A DNA stretch of 64,000 bases from an uncultured Lachnospiraceae bacterium. GTDB taxonomy: Bacteria; Bacillota; Clostridia; Lachnospirales; Lachnospiraceae. The notes below the pieces were generated by a model that searched no databases, had not been told where the DNA came from, and was given only the letters and a program-made list of their open reading frames with translations. The stretch lies in contig CANOFO010000002.1 in the NCBI GenBank assembly GCA_947565305.1, positions 3,039 to 67,038 on the forward strand. The letters are read 5' to 3'. Positions 1 to 10,118 of the stretch are shown piece by piece (the first letter of the stretch is position 1; the number at the start of each line of letters is the position of its first letter). Position numbers and translations under genes: made by a program.

Positions 1-507
1 CGGAAGGTAATTGAGGCGGTCATACAGATTATTCTCATAAAGACTCCCCACAAAGGAAACATCGTGACATTTTTTCTCTTCTCCTGCTTTTTCCAACTGA
101 TGGCTAAGCCGTGTGGTATTTACTGCCAACGGAAAGTGATGACAGTGCTGTACGCCCAGAGCCTGAAGCTGCTGATACTGTAACATATCAAATGCAAAAA
201 TATAATTGTACGCACTCTTTACCGCTGGCGAGAACAATGTCCAGTGCGGACAGTCATAAATCCAGGATATGTATTTTATCCTGCACTTCTCGGCAGTTTT
301 CGCAATAATGGGAAAAAAATTAAATGAAAAAATGCAGTCCATTGTCTGCTCTCCTACCACTTTTTCCAGACAGGCTGACAATGCTTTATCCTGCTCATAG
401 TCCTGGCATGGGGTATCGCAAACTACAATTTCATGACCCAGGCCTCTCAATGTCTGCAGCATATCCTCCTGCGAATTCTCATTCCAGGTATAATATAATA
501 TCTTCAT
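1..507 (-). CDS. DUF3880/CgeB-family glycosyltransferase, 5' part (runs off the window edge; missing from the ORF track)
   Basis: Translated by hand from ATG at 507 (ATGA overlap with the upstream stop): MKILYYTWNENSQEDMLQTL...FSFNFFPIIA...YISWIYDCP...HFPLAVN...DVSFVGSLYENNLYDRLNYLP. No stop before position 1. Confidence 0.8.
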   Translation of the reverse strand, partial: MKILYYTWNENSQEDMLQTLRGLGHEIVVCDTPCQDYEQDKALSACLEKVVGEQTMDCIFSFNFFPIIAKTAEKCRIKYISWIYDCPHWTLFSPAVKSAYNYIFAFDMLQYQQLQALGVQHCHHFPLAVNTTRLSHQLEKAGEEKKCHDVSFVGSLYENNLYDRLNYLP

Positions 508-1559
508 AACAACCTTCCTAACATCGTATGCTGCCGGATAATCTGTTCTGCCACAGCGGATACATGCGGGCAAAGTCCCACATCATCCGCTGCATATTTT
601 AACCGGCGCAGGTAGAATTTAGTCTGCAGATATTTACGCTGTGCCTGTTCAAATGAACCACAGTCATGCAGGAAACGTTCTTCCAGAGGAACTTCCCCCT
701 GCTCTTCCGTCTGCAGGATTTCCAGGATATTTTTGATTATTGCCATCTCCGTATCGACAAACCGCTCGTCCCAAACCTGCTCCAAGACTTTGCGTACCTC
801 GCTCACCTTATCCAGAAAGAGCAGGGATTTCCACTGTTCTTTCAGTTCCATCATCAGCGCAAACTGTTCCCTGTAATTTTCCGCATAGACTTTGGGCTGT
901 CCGCCATAATCCGGCAAACTATCCTGATATATTTTCAGAAATGCTTCCTGGGCTCCATCATAACCTGTAAGGTTGAGATAGCCGCAGTCATGGATACACC
1001 ATGGCTGCTTCCCGGCATGCACCCACAACTCATAACCCTGACGTGCAAATTCCAATGACTGCGAAATATCATAAAAATCCCAGCCTGAGAGCACATCTTC
1101 CCTCCAGGGAATGTCTTTCGCCGTCATCAGAAACATGCCATCCAATGCCGCTGCCCGGGCAGGGTTTTCCGACAGGAAATTGCGGAACGCTTTCTTTTCG
1201 CTGCAGCCTATCACATTTCCCAGATTCCAGCTGCGGTAAAACCTCCTATCTGCGGAAAGGCTGTCCGCGCCTAACACGCCGGCAAGACCTGCCTGAGGAT
1301 GCTGCGCAAACAGTTCCAGAAATCTCATCAGGATATCCGCTTCTATCAGAAATACATCCTGATGCAGATAAACTTTATATTCTGCTGCAGACTGCTGCAT
1401 TGCCAGGTTGTATCCCTGATAAATGCTTCCTGCCTGCCGCACCGGATAAACATCCGCCACATAGCCATCCGGCAGATGCAGACGATTAATGTAAAAGAGG
1501 CATTCCTCCAAATATGTATCATCGTTGGCACAGATGATAAATGCAATTGATTTTGACAT
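504..1559 (-). CDS. Glycosyltransferase, StrF-like GT2 (Glyco_tranf_2_5) domain plus helical C-terminal domain
   Basis: Motifs IAFIICAND, SIYQGYN, YKVYLHQDV, LDGMFLMT, WREDVLSGWDFYDISQS; RBS GGAGG. Confidence 0.8.
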   Translation of the reverse strand: MSKSIAFIICANDDTYLEECLFYINRLHLPDGYVADVYPVRQAGSIYQGYNLAMQQSAAEYKVYLHQDVFLIEADILMRFLELFAQHPQAGLAGVLGADSLSADRRFYRSWNLGNVIGCSEKKAFRNFLSENPARAAALDGMFLMTAKDIPWREDVLSGWDFYDISQSLEFARQGYELWVHAGKQPWCIHDCGYLNLTGYDGAQEAFLKIYQDSLPDYGGQPKVYAENYREQFALMMELKEQWKSLLFLDKVSEVRKVLEQVWDERFVDTEMAIIKNILEILQTEEQGEVPLEERFLHDCGSFEQAQRKYLQTKFYLRRLKYAADDVGLCPHVSAVAEQIIRQHTMLGRLL

Positions 1560-1614
1560 AGACTTCCTCCCGCAAACAGAGATACTCGTTATCTATTGCT
1601 TTGGCACGATTTTG

Positions 1615-2718
1615 TCAGAGCTGATAGTCCATAAGCCTCTCATACCGCTGCAGACGCTCTGGATATTGCTCATTCGTCCGCTTATAGACAGGTCCCAGTT
1701 CCCGCATAACTTGCTGGCATTTTTGAAGCATATCCTTATCTTTCTGCCCGATTGCCTGTTCTGCCACTAACGATGCCCGATAACCCTGAAACCTCTGGAG
1801 CCATGGAATCATCTGTATCTCAATTTGCTCTTCCCTCAGGTAGTCAACCATCCGCTGGTACGCTGTAACGATGTCAAAAGCGACCTGCAGATTCTTGGTA
1901 TGGGCGGTAGAATTTGCCCGCTGGTAATAATGGTAAAACGCCGTTTCCAGATAACAGATCCGCCTCGCGTTTACGGCAGCCTTTATAAAAAATACCAGGT
2001 CCGCGCCAAACCGCAGGTTCTCATCGAATGCCAGCAGCTTCCCATCCTCATATAAAATATTTCGATGAAACAGCTTGCACCAAATCCAGGAAGTCACTCC
2101 GCGGTAACGGTCCCTGATATATACATATTCAAACAATTCTTTTCTTCCAAAAACCCCTTTCGACACTGGATAACTGTTTCCTATCGGCTGGCCGCCCTCC
2201 TCTGTCTCCCAGAAATAGCCGCACGCTGCCATGTCCAGCCGATTCCGCTTCATGGCAGATATCATTACCTCATACATGTTTGCCTCCAGCCAGTCATCGC
2301 AGTCCACAAACGCCACATATTCGCCTGTGCTGTGCTGCAGCCCCACATTTCTCGCGCTGCTCTCCCCTCCATTGGCTTTATGGATTACCTGCACCCGCGG
2401 ATCTTTCTCGGCATAATGTTCAGCGATATCACCAGAGCCGTCCGTGGAACCGTCATCCACGCATATAATCTCAAGATTCTTATACGTCTGCCCACATACG
2501 CTGTCCAGACATTTGGGCAGATATTCTGCCGTATTGTAAACTGGAATAATGACTGATATTTTTTCCACCATTTCAAATTTAATAAGCTGTCCATTTTCTG
2601 CCTGTTTTACAGACTCTTTCAGCCATTCATAATTTGCCTTACTATCCCTGAGATAGAGATTCTCCATCATATTATCATAATTATTATTCCTTACATTAGA
2701 AAAATTGGGGGCAATCAT
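1615..2718 (-). CDS. GT2 family glycosyltransferase
   Basis: ISVIIPVYNTAEYLPKCLDSV, VDDGSTD, NGGESSARN, FVDCDD; ~50-aa N-terminal extension. Confidence 0.92.
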   Translation of the reverse strand: MIAPNFSNVRNNNYDNMMENLYLRDSKANYEWLKESVKQAENGQLIKFEMVEKISVIIPVYNTAEYLPKCLDSVCGQTYKNLEIICVDDGSTDGSGDIAEHYAEKDPRVQVIHKANGGESSARNVGLQHSTGEYVAFVDCDDWLEANMYEVMISAMKRNRLDMAACGYFWETEEGGQPIGNSYPVSKGVFGRKELFEYVYIRDRYRGVTSWIWCKLFHRNILYEDGKLLAFDENLRFGADLVFFIKAAVNARRICYLETAFYHYYQRANSTAHTKNLQVAFDIVTAYQRMVDYLREEQIEIQMIPWLQRFQGYRASLVAEQAIGQKDKDMLQKCQQVMRELGPVYKRTNEQYPERLQRYERLMDYQL

Positions 2719-2736
2719 AAAAGCACACTCCTTATA

Positions 2737-2982
2737 TTACTTGTGACCGTTCTCTCCATAGTTATCCCTGTAAATCCGGTATGCCTCCTCCTTCTGAGCA
2801 ATCCTATATTTAATTTTCGCTTCTTTTCCTGCAATATATACAGATTCTACGATAGTTTGCAGCTCCTGATTATTATTCCGTTTGTCATTGCAGGCATAAT
2901 ACAACATTTCCCCCTGAACATCAAACAACGGAATCAGCGTATTTTCAATGCCTGTTCTTGCAAACAACTCCTTAAAATCCAT
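2737..2982 (-). CDS. Small hypothetical protein, possibly a remnant of a larger multidomain protein
   Basis: 81-aa ORF filling the gap between operon genes; LIPLFDVQGEMLYY loosely resembles LLPILNTEFEIISF in the 7715-10021 protein. Confidence 0.4.
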   Translation of the reverse strand: MDFKELFARTGIENTLIPLFDVQGEMLYYACNDKRNNNQELQTIVESVYIAGKEAKIKYRIAQKEEAYRIYRDNYGENGHK

Positions 2983-4063
2983 TGATACTTTCCACCACAT
3001 ATTCCTGTTCTTCCTCGGTCATGCCATTGTAAAACGGCAAGGACAAAACTTCCCGCGCATACTGACCTGCCAATGGATATCTCGTCTCTGGAATATTTAA
3101 ATATCGCATAGATTCTGCCAGATAGGGTGGAATCGGATAGTGAATCATGGTGTCAATATTCCTGGATTTTAATTTCTGCTGAACCTCATCCCTAGACTTT
3201 ACCCTTACCACATACTGATGCCAAACTGTTTCTGCGCCCTCCCGGACCTTGGGAAGCAGAAATGCTGGATTCTTAATGTTCGCTTCATAAAATGCCGCTA
3301 ATTGTCTACGCTCTTCCAGAAACTCGCTGTAATGGCGGAGCTTTACCCTCAGCAAAGCCGCCTGCAGTTCATCCAGTCGGGAATTGACGCCCATAATCTC
3401 ATTATGGTATTTCTTTTTGCTGCCATAATTGCGGAAAATCCTTGCCTGTTCCGCCAAATCTGCATCATCTGTTACCAATGCGCCGCCATCGCCAAATGCG
3501 CCAAGATTTTTCGTGGGGTAAAAAGAAAAACAGCCAACATCCCCAAACGTTCCGGTCTGCTGCCCATTAAAAGCAGCGCCATGGGATTGAGCACAGTCTT
3601 CCACCACTTTCAGATTATATTTTCCAGCTATCTCCATAATTTTCTCCATATTGGCCGCCTGTCCATATAAATGTACCGCCAGTATGGCTTTCGTTTTATC
3701 TGTAATCGCTTCCTCAATCAAGTCGGCATCGATATTATAATACGCATCCGGTTCCACAAAAACCGGCACCGCACCGTTCAGCGTCACGCCCAGTACGCTG
3801 GCAATATATGTATTGGCAGGAACAATCACTTCATCTCCTTTCCCAATTCCTAATAGATAAACTGCCATATTAAGCGCCGACAGTCCATTTCCCACACCTA
3901 CACAGTGGCGCGCTCCCAGAAACTGGGCAAACTCCTGCTCAAATGACTGTAATTCTTTCCCTAACACATAAAAGCCACTGCGAAGCACCTCCACTGCTTT
4001 CTCTTCAAACTCCTGCTGGTATGCCACAAAAGCCCTGTCTAACCGATTACATAAAACATGCAT
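2972..4063 (-). CDS. fdtB: DegT/DnrJ/EryC1/StrS aminotransferase, FdtB/QdtB-like sugar C3 transaminase
   Basis: VEDCAQSHGA, FSFYPTKNLGAFGDGG (PLP Lys), RNYGS, NSRLDELQAA, IHYPIPP; clustered with an FdtA-like cupin. Confidence 0.82.
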   Translation of the reverse strand: MHVLCNRLDRAFVAYQQEFEEKAVEVLRSGFYVLGKELQSFEQEFAQFLGARHCVGVGNGLSALNMAVYLLGIGKGDEVIVPANTYIASVLGVTLNGAVPVFVEPDAYYNIDADLIEEAITDKTKAILAVHLYGQAANMEKIMEIAGKYNLKVVEDCAQSHGAAFNGQQTGTFGDVGCFSFYPTKNLGAFGDGGALVTDDADLAEQARIFRNYGSKKKYHNEIMGVNSRLDELQAALLRVKLRHYSEFLEERRQLAAFYEANIKNPAFLLPKVREGAETVWHQYVVRVKSRDEVQQKLKSRNIDTMIHYPIPPYLAESMRYLNIPETRYPLAGQYAREVLSLPFYNGMTEEEQEYVVESINGF

Positions 4064-4153
4064 GTCCTATCCTTCCCTATTCTCTGCTGTATCTTAATGA
4101 CCTTATCTTAATCTATATCCGTTCCTTGTGTGCTTATCCCCTTTTCCAACTAT

Positions 4154-4207
4154 CTGCATATTCCCTGCAGTAATCCCATTTGTAAATCACCTGCATATTC
4201 CCTGCAG
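4154..4207. repeat. 17-bp direct repeat CTGCATATTCCCTGCAG duplicating the 3' end of the SDR gene
   Basis: Copies at 4154-4170 and 4191-4207; on the minus strand both read LQGICR followed by a stop. Confidence 0.85.
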
Positions 4208-5125
4208 CAATTCCACCGTATCCTTTACGCCGCGCTCCAAAGAACCGCCAGGGACAAACCCCAACGCTTTTATTTTCTCACAGGAAACATCATAAGACAA
4301 GTTATTCATAATTTTGGATTTTACAAATTCTACCTGCACATCTGCCAGATTTTTTTCTATTTCTTCCACAATATCTTTGACTGCGGCATTGACCGTGACA
4401 ATGTTATATATCTCATTATAAAAATGGTTATTTTTAATGATAAAACATATGGCTGCCACTGCATCCTCAATGTCCAGATAGGGACGTCTCTGCTCCCAGG
4501 CTGTCTCCCACACGCTTAGCGGCTGTCCTGTGCATGCCTGCCAGGTAAATTTATTGACTGCCGTATGAAAACGCATCCCCGGCGATATGCCGAAAATAGT
4601 GCCAAACCGACATACTGTGAAACGGAAATTACTTTCCCTGCCTAGTTTGCTCAGATATTCTTCCGACTTTACCTTCGTCTTTGCATAAGGACTCTGCGCC
4701 GCCTCCACGCTTACGGCTGTAGTTTCATCCACATTAGCTGCCGCCGCCCCATAAACGCTGGTGCTGGAGGGAAAAAACATCGGCACATCCCACTTCGCAC
4801 AGCAGTCTGCAACTTTCATAGTACCCACAAAGTTAACTTCTTCTACTTCCTGCTCTTTTTCCACACTCATCTCAGGTTCCGTATTGGCTGCAAGGTTCAC
4901 GACTGCATCCGCACCCTGGATAACGCGCGTAAGCAAGCCGTCATCCAAAATATCCCCCTGCACAAATTTATAATTTCCCTCTTTCGGAAGGTGAAACAGG
5001 GAACAATACCTCTGTACTTTAAGGTTATCCAAAATAATAATTTCTGCTCCCGGAATTGCTTCCGGCAGCTTACGGATTAATCTGGAACCAATATGCCCAA
5101 GACCGCCTGTGACAACTATTCTCAT
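4187..5125 (-). CDS. Extended SDR NDP-sugar oxidoreductase, resembling Cj1427-type C4 dehydrogenases
   Basis: TGGLGHIGS, PSSTSVYG, YAKTK, RFGTIFGISPGMRF; start placed at ATG 5125, overlapping the upstream stop. Confidence 0.8.
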   Translation of the reverse strand: MRIVVTGGLGHIGSRLIRKLPEAIPGAEIIILDNLKVQRYCSLFHLPKEGNYKFVQGDILDDGLLTRVIQGADAVVNLAANTEPEMSVEKEQEVEEVNFVGTMKVADCCAKWDVPMFFPSSTSVYGAAAANVDETTAVSVEAAQSPYAKTKVKSEEYLSKLGRESNFRFTVCRFGTIFGISPGMRFHTAVNKFTWQACTGQPLSVWETAWEQRRPYLDIEDAVAAICFIIKNNHFYNEIYNIVTVNAAVKDIVEEIEKNLADVQVEFVKSKIMNNLSYDVSCEKIKALGFVPGGSLERGVKDTVELLQGICR

Positions 5126-6021
5126 AATTTCCCTTCTTTCCTCATCCACTCTACAGCCATCTTTACGCCGCTTTGCAATGAATGCCCACACACAAATCCC
5201 AACTTTTCTAACTTCGCATTATCCCCCACAATCAAGGGAAACTCTTCATTCTTCCCGCAACGCGCAAATGCAACCAAATCTGCCTTACCTAATTCCTCTG
5301 CGACCTGTAAAATTATCTGACCAATGCTTACCGGCTTGCCGGACGAAATATTGTAAACGCCCGCTGCCTTTTTGTCAATCAGCATTTGGATAGCATTTAC
5401 CGCATCTTCAATATAAATGTAATCACGCACCAATTCCCCACATCCATTGACAATCTTCTCATTGCGAGACAGCCTCCATGCGGTCAGGGGAACCAAGCGT
5501 TCCAGCTTCTCATATCTGCCATAAATGGCGAACAGCCTCGCCTCGCAATAATGGGCATGATATTCCGCTGCCAGTTTTGCCAATACCTGGGAAGTGTACA
5601 GCTTACTGATGCCATACATGGAGGAGGGATGTTCATATTCCGGCAGTTCTTTGAGCCAGCCTTTCCCATAGTCATAGCTTGCTGATGTGCCGGCAAACAG
5701 AATCTGCCGCCCTCCGTTCTCCAAAAAAGCTTTGGCGGTCTGAATGCAGACAGAAGCCCACATGCAGTTGTCCAAAGATTCCCAATAACTCTGCGTACTG
5801 ACGTCCCATGCAAACAACACCAGAATATCGGGGCGTATTCTGTCCATATACTCAGACGTTCCTGAATATTCCTTTAAATCATAGGCAAAAAAATGCTCCG
5901 CATCCAGAAACTCTGGAAAATTCCTGCCCACCGCAAACACCTCATATTTACTTTTATCCAGGCGCTCCATAAAATTCCTGCCCAGAAAACCGCTCACCCC
6001 GGTAAGAAGCATCCTCTCCAT
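5122..6021 (-). CDS. Extended SDR, probable NDP-4-keto-sugar reductase
   Basis: TGVSGFLG, GTSASY, YGISK, RLFAIYG, RDYIYIED. Confidence 0.8.
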   Translation of the reverse strand: MERMLLTGVSGFLGRNFMERLDKSKYEVFAVGRNFPEFLDAEHFFAYDLKEYSGTSEYMDRIRPDILVLFAWDVSTQSYWESLDNCMWASVCIQTAKAFLENGGRQILFAGTSASYDYGKGWLKELPEYEHPSSMYGISKLYTSQVLAKLAAEYHAHYCEARLFAIYGRYEKLERLVPLTAWRLSRNEKIVNGCGELVRDYIYIEDAVNAIQMLIDKKAAGVYNISSGKPVSIGQIILQVAEELGKADLVAFARCGKNEEFPLIVGDNAKLEKLGFVCGHSLQSGVKMAVEWMRKEGKL

Positions 6022-6030
6022 AGCATTCTC

Positions 6031-7248
6031 CTATTCGTCTACCCTCACCTGGTCCACATAGAGGATAAATTTACCCCCCGCATCCTTAAACGCTGTCTCA
6101 TTGGCAATAATCTCCTCCCCATGATTCCAGGCAAACAACAATGCATACTCTGGATAATCAGAGACAAACGCCTCATAGGGCTTCACAGGGATATGCATAC
6201 CAGGTGTATATTTACCCTGTTTAATCGGCGTGGTATCGCTGATAAACTCAATATACTCCGGTCCGATGCCGCAATAATTGAGCACAGTGGTACTCTTAGA
6301 GGTAGCCCCATATCCGACAATCCGTTTGCCCTCCGCCTTCAGCCTCTTTAACAAGGTCAACAAATCTTCCTTGTTCTGGGCAACATTAGCTGCAAAAGCC
6401 TGGTATGTGGATAATTGCTTCAATCCTTGCTTCTCCTCATTTGCCATGATTTCCCTGACTCGGTCTGACACGTCCCTGGCGCCTTTCCTTGCCAGTATGT
6501 AGCGCATAGAACCGCCATGCACATTCTGGGGCAAAGCGTCAATAACCTCCAAACCGTGCATGCCTGCCAGATAAGATACAGAAGAAACAGAAAAATAAAA
6601 TGCATGTTCATCATATATCTGGTCATAAGAAGTCCTTCTGACTATGTCCCCAACATAAGGGTCTTCAAATATTAACACTCCCTGCGGTTTTAATAAACTT
6701 GTCACGCCATCAAAGACTGAACGGATATAGGGCAGGTGGCACATGACATTCGTGCCAGCAATTACATCTGCTTCCCCATATTCTGCTTTGATTTTCTGCG
6801 CATTTTCTTTATCGAAAAAACAGGACAAGGTATTGATGCCTTTCTCCCTTGCTGCCTGCGCAACATTCTCGGAAGGCTCAACGCCCACATGCTTAATATT
6901 CTCTTTGGCATAATTCTGCAGCATAATGCCATCGTTGCTGCCTATTTCTACGACAAATGGGTCTTCAGACAAATAGGTCTCCATCACCCAATAGGCAAAC
7001 TTCTTAAAATGCTCCACCATCCTCCGGGAGGTTGAGGCGAAGTATGCATAATTCTCATTGAACATATCCTCTTTATCAACCAGTTTTGTCAGCTGAACCA
7101 TACTGCAGGTCGGGCAGAATCCCACATCCAGCGGATAAAACTTCTCCTTCTCAAACATGTCCTCCGGCAAAAAGCCGTTGGCAATCGGCATGTCGCCAAA
7201 AGATATGACATGTTCTACCTTATTTCCACACACTAAACAATTACACAT
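6031..7248 (-). CDS. SAM-dependent NDP-hexose C3-methyltransferase (TcaB9/EvaC-like)
   Basis: Zn ligands CLVC and CPTC, EIGSNDG, NVMCH, YDQIYDEH, HGGSMR, VGYGATSKSTT, LLFAWNH. Confidence 0.9.
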   Translation of the reverse strand: MCNCLVCGNKVEHVISFGDMPIANGFLPEDMFEKEKFYPLDVGFCPTCSMVQLTKLVDKEDMFNENYAYFASTSRRMVEHFKKFAYWVMETYLSEDPFVVEIGSNDGIMLQNYAKENIKHVGVEPSENVAQAAREKGINTLSCFFDKENAQKIKAEYGEADVIAGTNVMCHLPYIRSVFDGVTSLLKPQGVLIFEDPYVGDIVRRTSYDQIYDEHAFYFSVSSVSYLAGMHGLEVIDALPQNVHGGSMRYILARKGARDVSDRVREIMANEEKQGLKQLSTYQAFAANVAQNKEDLLTLLKRLKAEGKRIVGYGATSKSTTVLNYCGIGPEYIEFISDTTPIKQGKYTPGMHIPVKPYEAFVSDYPEYALLFAWNHGEEIIANETAFKDAGGKFILYVDQVRVDE

Positions 7249-7272
7249 AAGCTGTTCTCCTTTATCTCTTCC

Positions 7273-7710
7273 CTAATTTGCTTTTTCTTCGCATCCCTTG
7301 CGCATGATTGCCTGATACTGCTCAAAATCACTGATATACTCTTCTGCGCGGTAATGCTCGGATGACACTACCAAAAGCACGGCATCGCTTGAGAATTCAT
7401 ACATCTCCTTCCAGCACATGGGCGCTATATATAACCCTTTCCTGGAATCATGCAGTTCCACAATTTCTTCTTCAAATCCATCCGAGACCTTTACTTTACA
7501 TCTTCCGCTGGCACATACCAGTACCAGTTCGCTGTCCCTGTTTGCATGTTTGCCCCTCACCTCAGTCACGTCATTGACATAGATAAAGAATACACGCTTG
7601 ATTTCAAAGGGTATGTCCATATGGTCTCCTTCCAGGACCACCAGGCTTCCCCGCTCATCCCCATATTTCGGAAACTGTATGATTCGGTACATCTCATCTA
7701 AAGATTTCAA
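7273..7710 (-). CDS. fdtA: FdtA/QdtA cupin, dTDP-4-keto-6-deoxyhexose 3,4-isomerase
   Basis: DERGSLVVLE, IPFEIKRVFFIY, RGKHAN, LYIAPMCWKEMYEFS. Confidence 0.85.
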   Translation of the reverse strand: MKSLDEMYRIIQFPKYGDERGSLVVLEGDHMDIPFEIKRVFFIYVNDVTEVRGKHANRDSELVLVCASGRCKVKVSDGFEEEIVELHDSRKGLYIAPMCWKEMYEFSSDAVLLVVSSEHYRAEEYISDFEQYQAIMRKGCEEKAN

Positions 7711-7714
7711 ACAT

Positions 7715-10021
7715 TCATTCCCTCCTTTGCTGCAGAATATGTTCTATATGACGGTATATTTGGTCAGCGATAATGTTGTTTCCCTCTTCATCCACATGCA
7801 TAAGGTCAAAAAATACTTCTGGAAAACCATCTAACATATCCGTCATATTGATAAACCAGTCTTCCTTAATTTCTCTCGCTTTTTTTCTGAATTCTATAGC
7901 GCTTTCTCTGTCCTCCATTCTCTCAAATTCCCACCTTCCCTTCTGAGAAAGCTTTTCCTGGGAATATATAATCGGCTGGGCTATACATAAAAACTCAAAA
8001 CCAAATATCATGGATACAGAATGCATAATCTGTTCCATTTTATACCAAAAGTCAAAACCTCTTAGTTCTTCCTCTTCCGGCAATTGTTTTAACGAACCAC
8101 CCCAGTGTCTGACTGGCAGTTTCTCCCAAACACTTCCTAAAAAGTACGGCAAAAAAGGGTTGTTGTTCTCTCTTACCATCAAATCATTGACACCCGAAAA
8201 GCTAATTACAAGGTCTGGTCTTAATGCACATACATCCCGCAATAATTTCAATAGTTCCTGACTGGAACTGTAACCATCCACAGCAGCATTATAGATTACT
8301 GCCCTGTCACTCTCTATCCTGTCGTACAGGCAGAAGGGCCATGACTTCATCCTGTATACTGCTTCTGCCGTTGTGCTGCCTCCTATAGTTACAATTTTAA
8401 ATTTATCCTTCCCCTCGGTTCCAATCACATGAAATCCTAAATACTGTTCAAGCTCCTCTCCTTCATATAGCATAACATGTCCCAGCTGAATGTCCACACT
8501 TGCATCCAAAACAAGATCTGGAAATTCATGGACACCCAACACATTTCTATGTGAAAATCCCATTAATTGCAAATTTTCACAAATACGACTCCACTTATGC
8601 ACATCAAACCCCAGGACTAACAGTACATGTTCAATATCTTCATACATCAAATCATAGATATTTTTAATATTATGTCCTTCCTCAGGTTCATCATCTGTCA
8701 CACCTATAAAATCAATGTTCAGATAACGGAACAATTTTTTCCAAACCGCACTATATGTCTCGTTGGTACCATAAAAGAAGAACTTTCTGCCCTGCTTTAG
8801 CGAATTAGAAATCTTTGAAAATGGACATATCGTCTGCAGTGCCCCCAAATCACGATGCATATAAGGCATTGGGCGAAAAATTTTCCTTCTCAGCTTTCTT
8901 GACAATACGCTGCAGTACCTATCTGTTTTAAACCAGCCAAAGGGCAAAAGTGAAAACACTAAGTTTGCCTCTGTATTTCTCAGCTTTCCTGAAACTTCTT
9001 CTGTTAGGTCATGTACAGAAACCTCCGCCGCAATTTCCCCTCCATGAAATTCAATTTTCTTTTTCACTTCACTTAACGCATGAACAGAGTCATATAATAA
9101 CACATATTTCTTCTCATTCAATGATTTATCCCATTCAAAGATATTTTCATAAGCTATTACCAGACAAACGTTTTGCAGCATCTGATTTATCTCTGTCCGC
9201 CTCCAGCCCTCGCATACCACAATTATATCCGACTGACCAATAACATCTTTGCTTTTGACAATCGGCCAAATCAAAAAACTGTTTTCTTCCTCACACTCAT
9301 CATCTATAATGCCGTGCACATGCACGCCCATGAATTCCAGATTTGCTAATATCATCTGCCCATTTAAGTTTGCGCCATACACAAATATTCTCTTTGATTT
9401 AAATTCCTCCTTGAGTGTATACGTGGTAACATAAGATTCAGCTGTATGCAGATCTATGTCCCCACCAGATTTAATCAAAAGAGCATCCTTTTTCTCCGGC
9501 AGCTGTTCTACGATTTGATAATTTCCTGATAGCTTAAATTGAGAAACCACAATCTCCCAGCCTTCCCCACATAGAAATATTTGCTTTTCTTTATAGCTTT
9601 GGGCAGCATCTAATTGCTGCAGAATACGGATGTTTACCTCATCACATCCTGAGATAAAAATATTTCTTACACCGTCACAATCCTGCATACGGAAAGTTGC
9701 CCTTTCAATCTGTGCATTCCAACGAAAAAAACTAATAATTTCAAACTCTGTATTTAATATCGGCAATAATAATTCCCGGTTATCTAACACATCATAAAAC
9801 CGATTTGCCTTATCAAACATATCACTTCCACAAACTACATAGGAACGCATATCCTTTCCCTGAAGCAGCCCCTCATATGTAATCAATTCATGAAATTTTC
9901 CGGCTGCATTTACTGCCAACAGAGCTGCCCTGTTATCGGGCAGAAAAAAATTAAACAATTTGGAACGATTTAAGTCTTCCTTTTCTATGACCCATATTTC
10001 CTTCTGTATAAATTCCAGCAT
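7715..10021 (-). CDS. Multidomain protein with Rossmann-like modules and a C-terminal SGNH/GDSL hydrolase or acyltransferase domain
   Basis: TIGGSTT (block I), GYSSSQELL, SFSGVND (block III), FFDLMH (DxxH); start placed at ATG 10021 after AAGGAG. Confidence 0.7.
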   Translation of the reverse strand: MLEFIQKEIWVIEKEDLNRSKLFNFFLPDNRAALLAVNAAGKFHELITYEGLLQGKDMRSYVVCGSDMFDKANRFYDVLDNRELLLPILNTEFEIISFFRWNAQIERATFRMQDCDGVRNIFISGCDEVNIRILQQLDAAQSYKEKQIFLCGEGWEIVVSQFKLSGNYQIVEQLPEKKDALLIKSGGDIDLHTAESYVTTYTLKEEFKSKRIFVYGANLNGQMILANLEFMGVHVHGIIDDECEEENSFLIWPIVKSKDVIGQSDIIVVCEGWRRTEINQMLQNVCLVIAYENIFEWDKSLNEKKYVLLYDSVHALSEVKKKIEFHGGEIAAEVSVHDLTEEVSGKLRNTEANLVFSLLPFGWFKTDRYCSVLSRKLRRKIFRPMPYMHRDLGALQTICPFSKISNSLKQGRKFFFYGTNETYSAVWKKLFRYLNIDFIGVTDDEPEEGHNIKNIYDLMYEDIEHVLLVLGFDVHKWSRICENLQLMGFSHRNVLGVHEFPDLVLDASVDIQLGHVMLYEGEELEQYLGFHVIGTEGKDKFKIVTIGGSTTAEAVYRMKSWPFCLYDRIESDRAVIYNAAVDGYSSSQELLKLLRDVCALRPDLVISFSGVNDLMVRENNNPFLPYFLGSVWEKLPVRHWGGSLKQLPEEEELRGFDFWYKMEQIMHSVSMIFGFEFLCIAQPIIYSQEKLSQKGRWEFERMEDRESAIEFRKKAREIKEDWFINMTDMLDGFPEVFFDLMHVDEEGNNIIADQIYRHIEHILQQRRE

Positions 10022-10118
10022 AATCCCATTTCTCCTTTCCTGCAATTGCATCAATTCCTCATATACGTCTGCTTTTCATAATTGCCTCATTGAACCTAAC
10101 TAAATTGGCAATTATTCT

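Noticed and set aside
1-38. Apparent separate start MRIICMT with GGGGAG RBS
   Set aside because: Out of frame inside the DUF3880-like CDS, whose conserved DVSFVGSLYE motif spans it.
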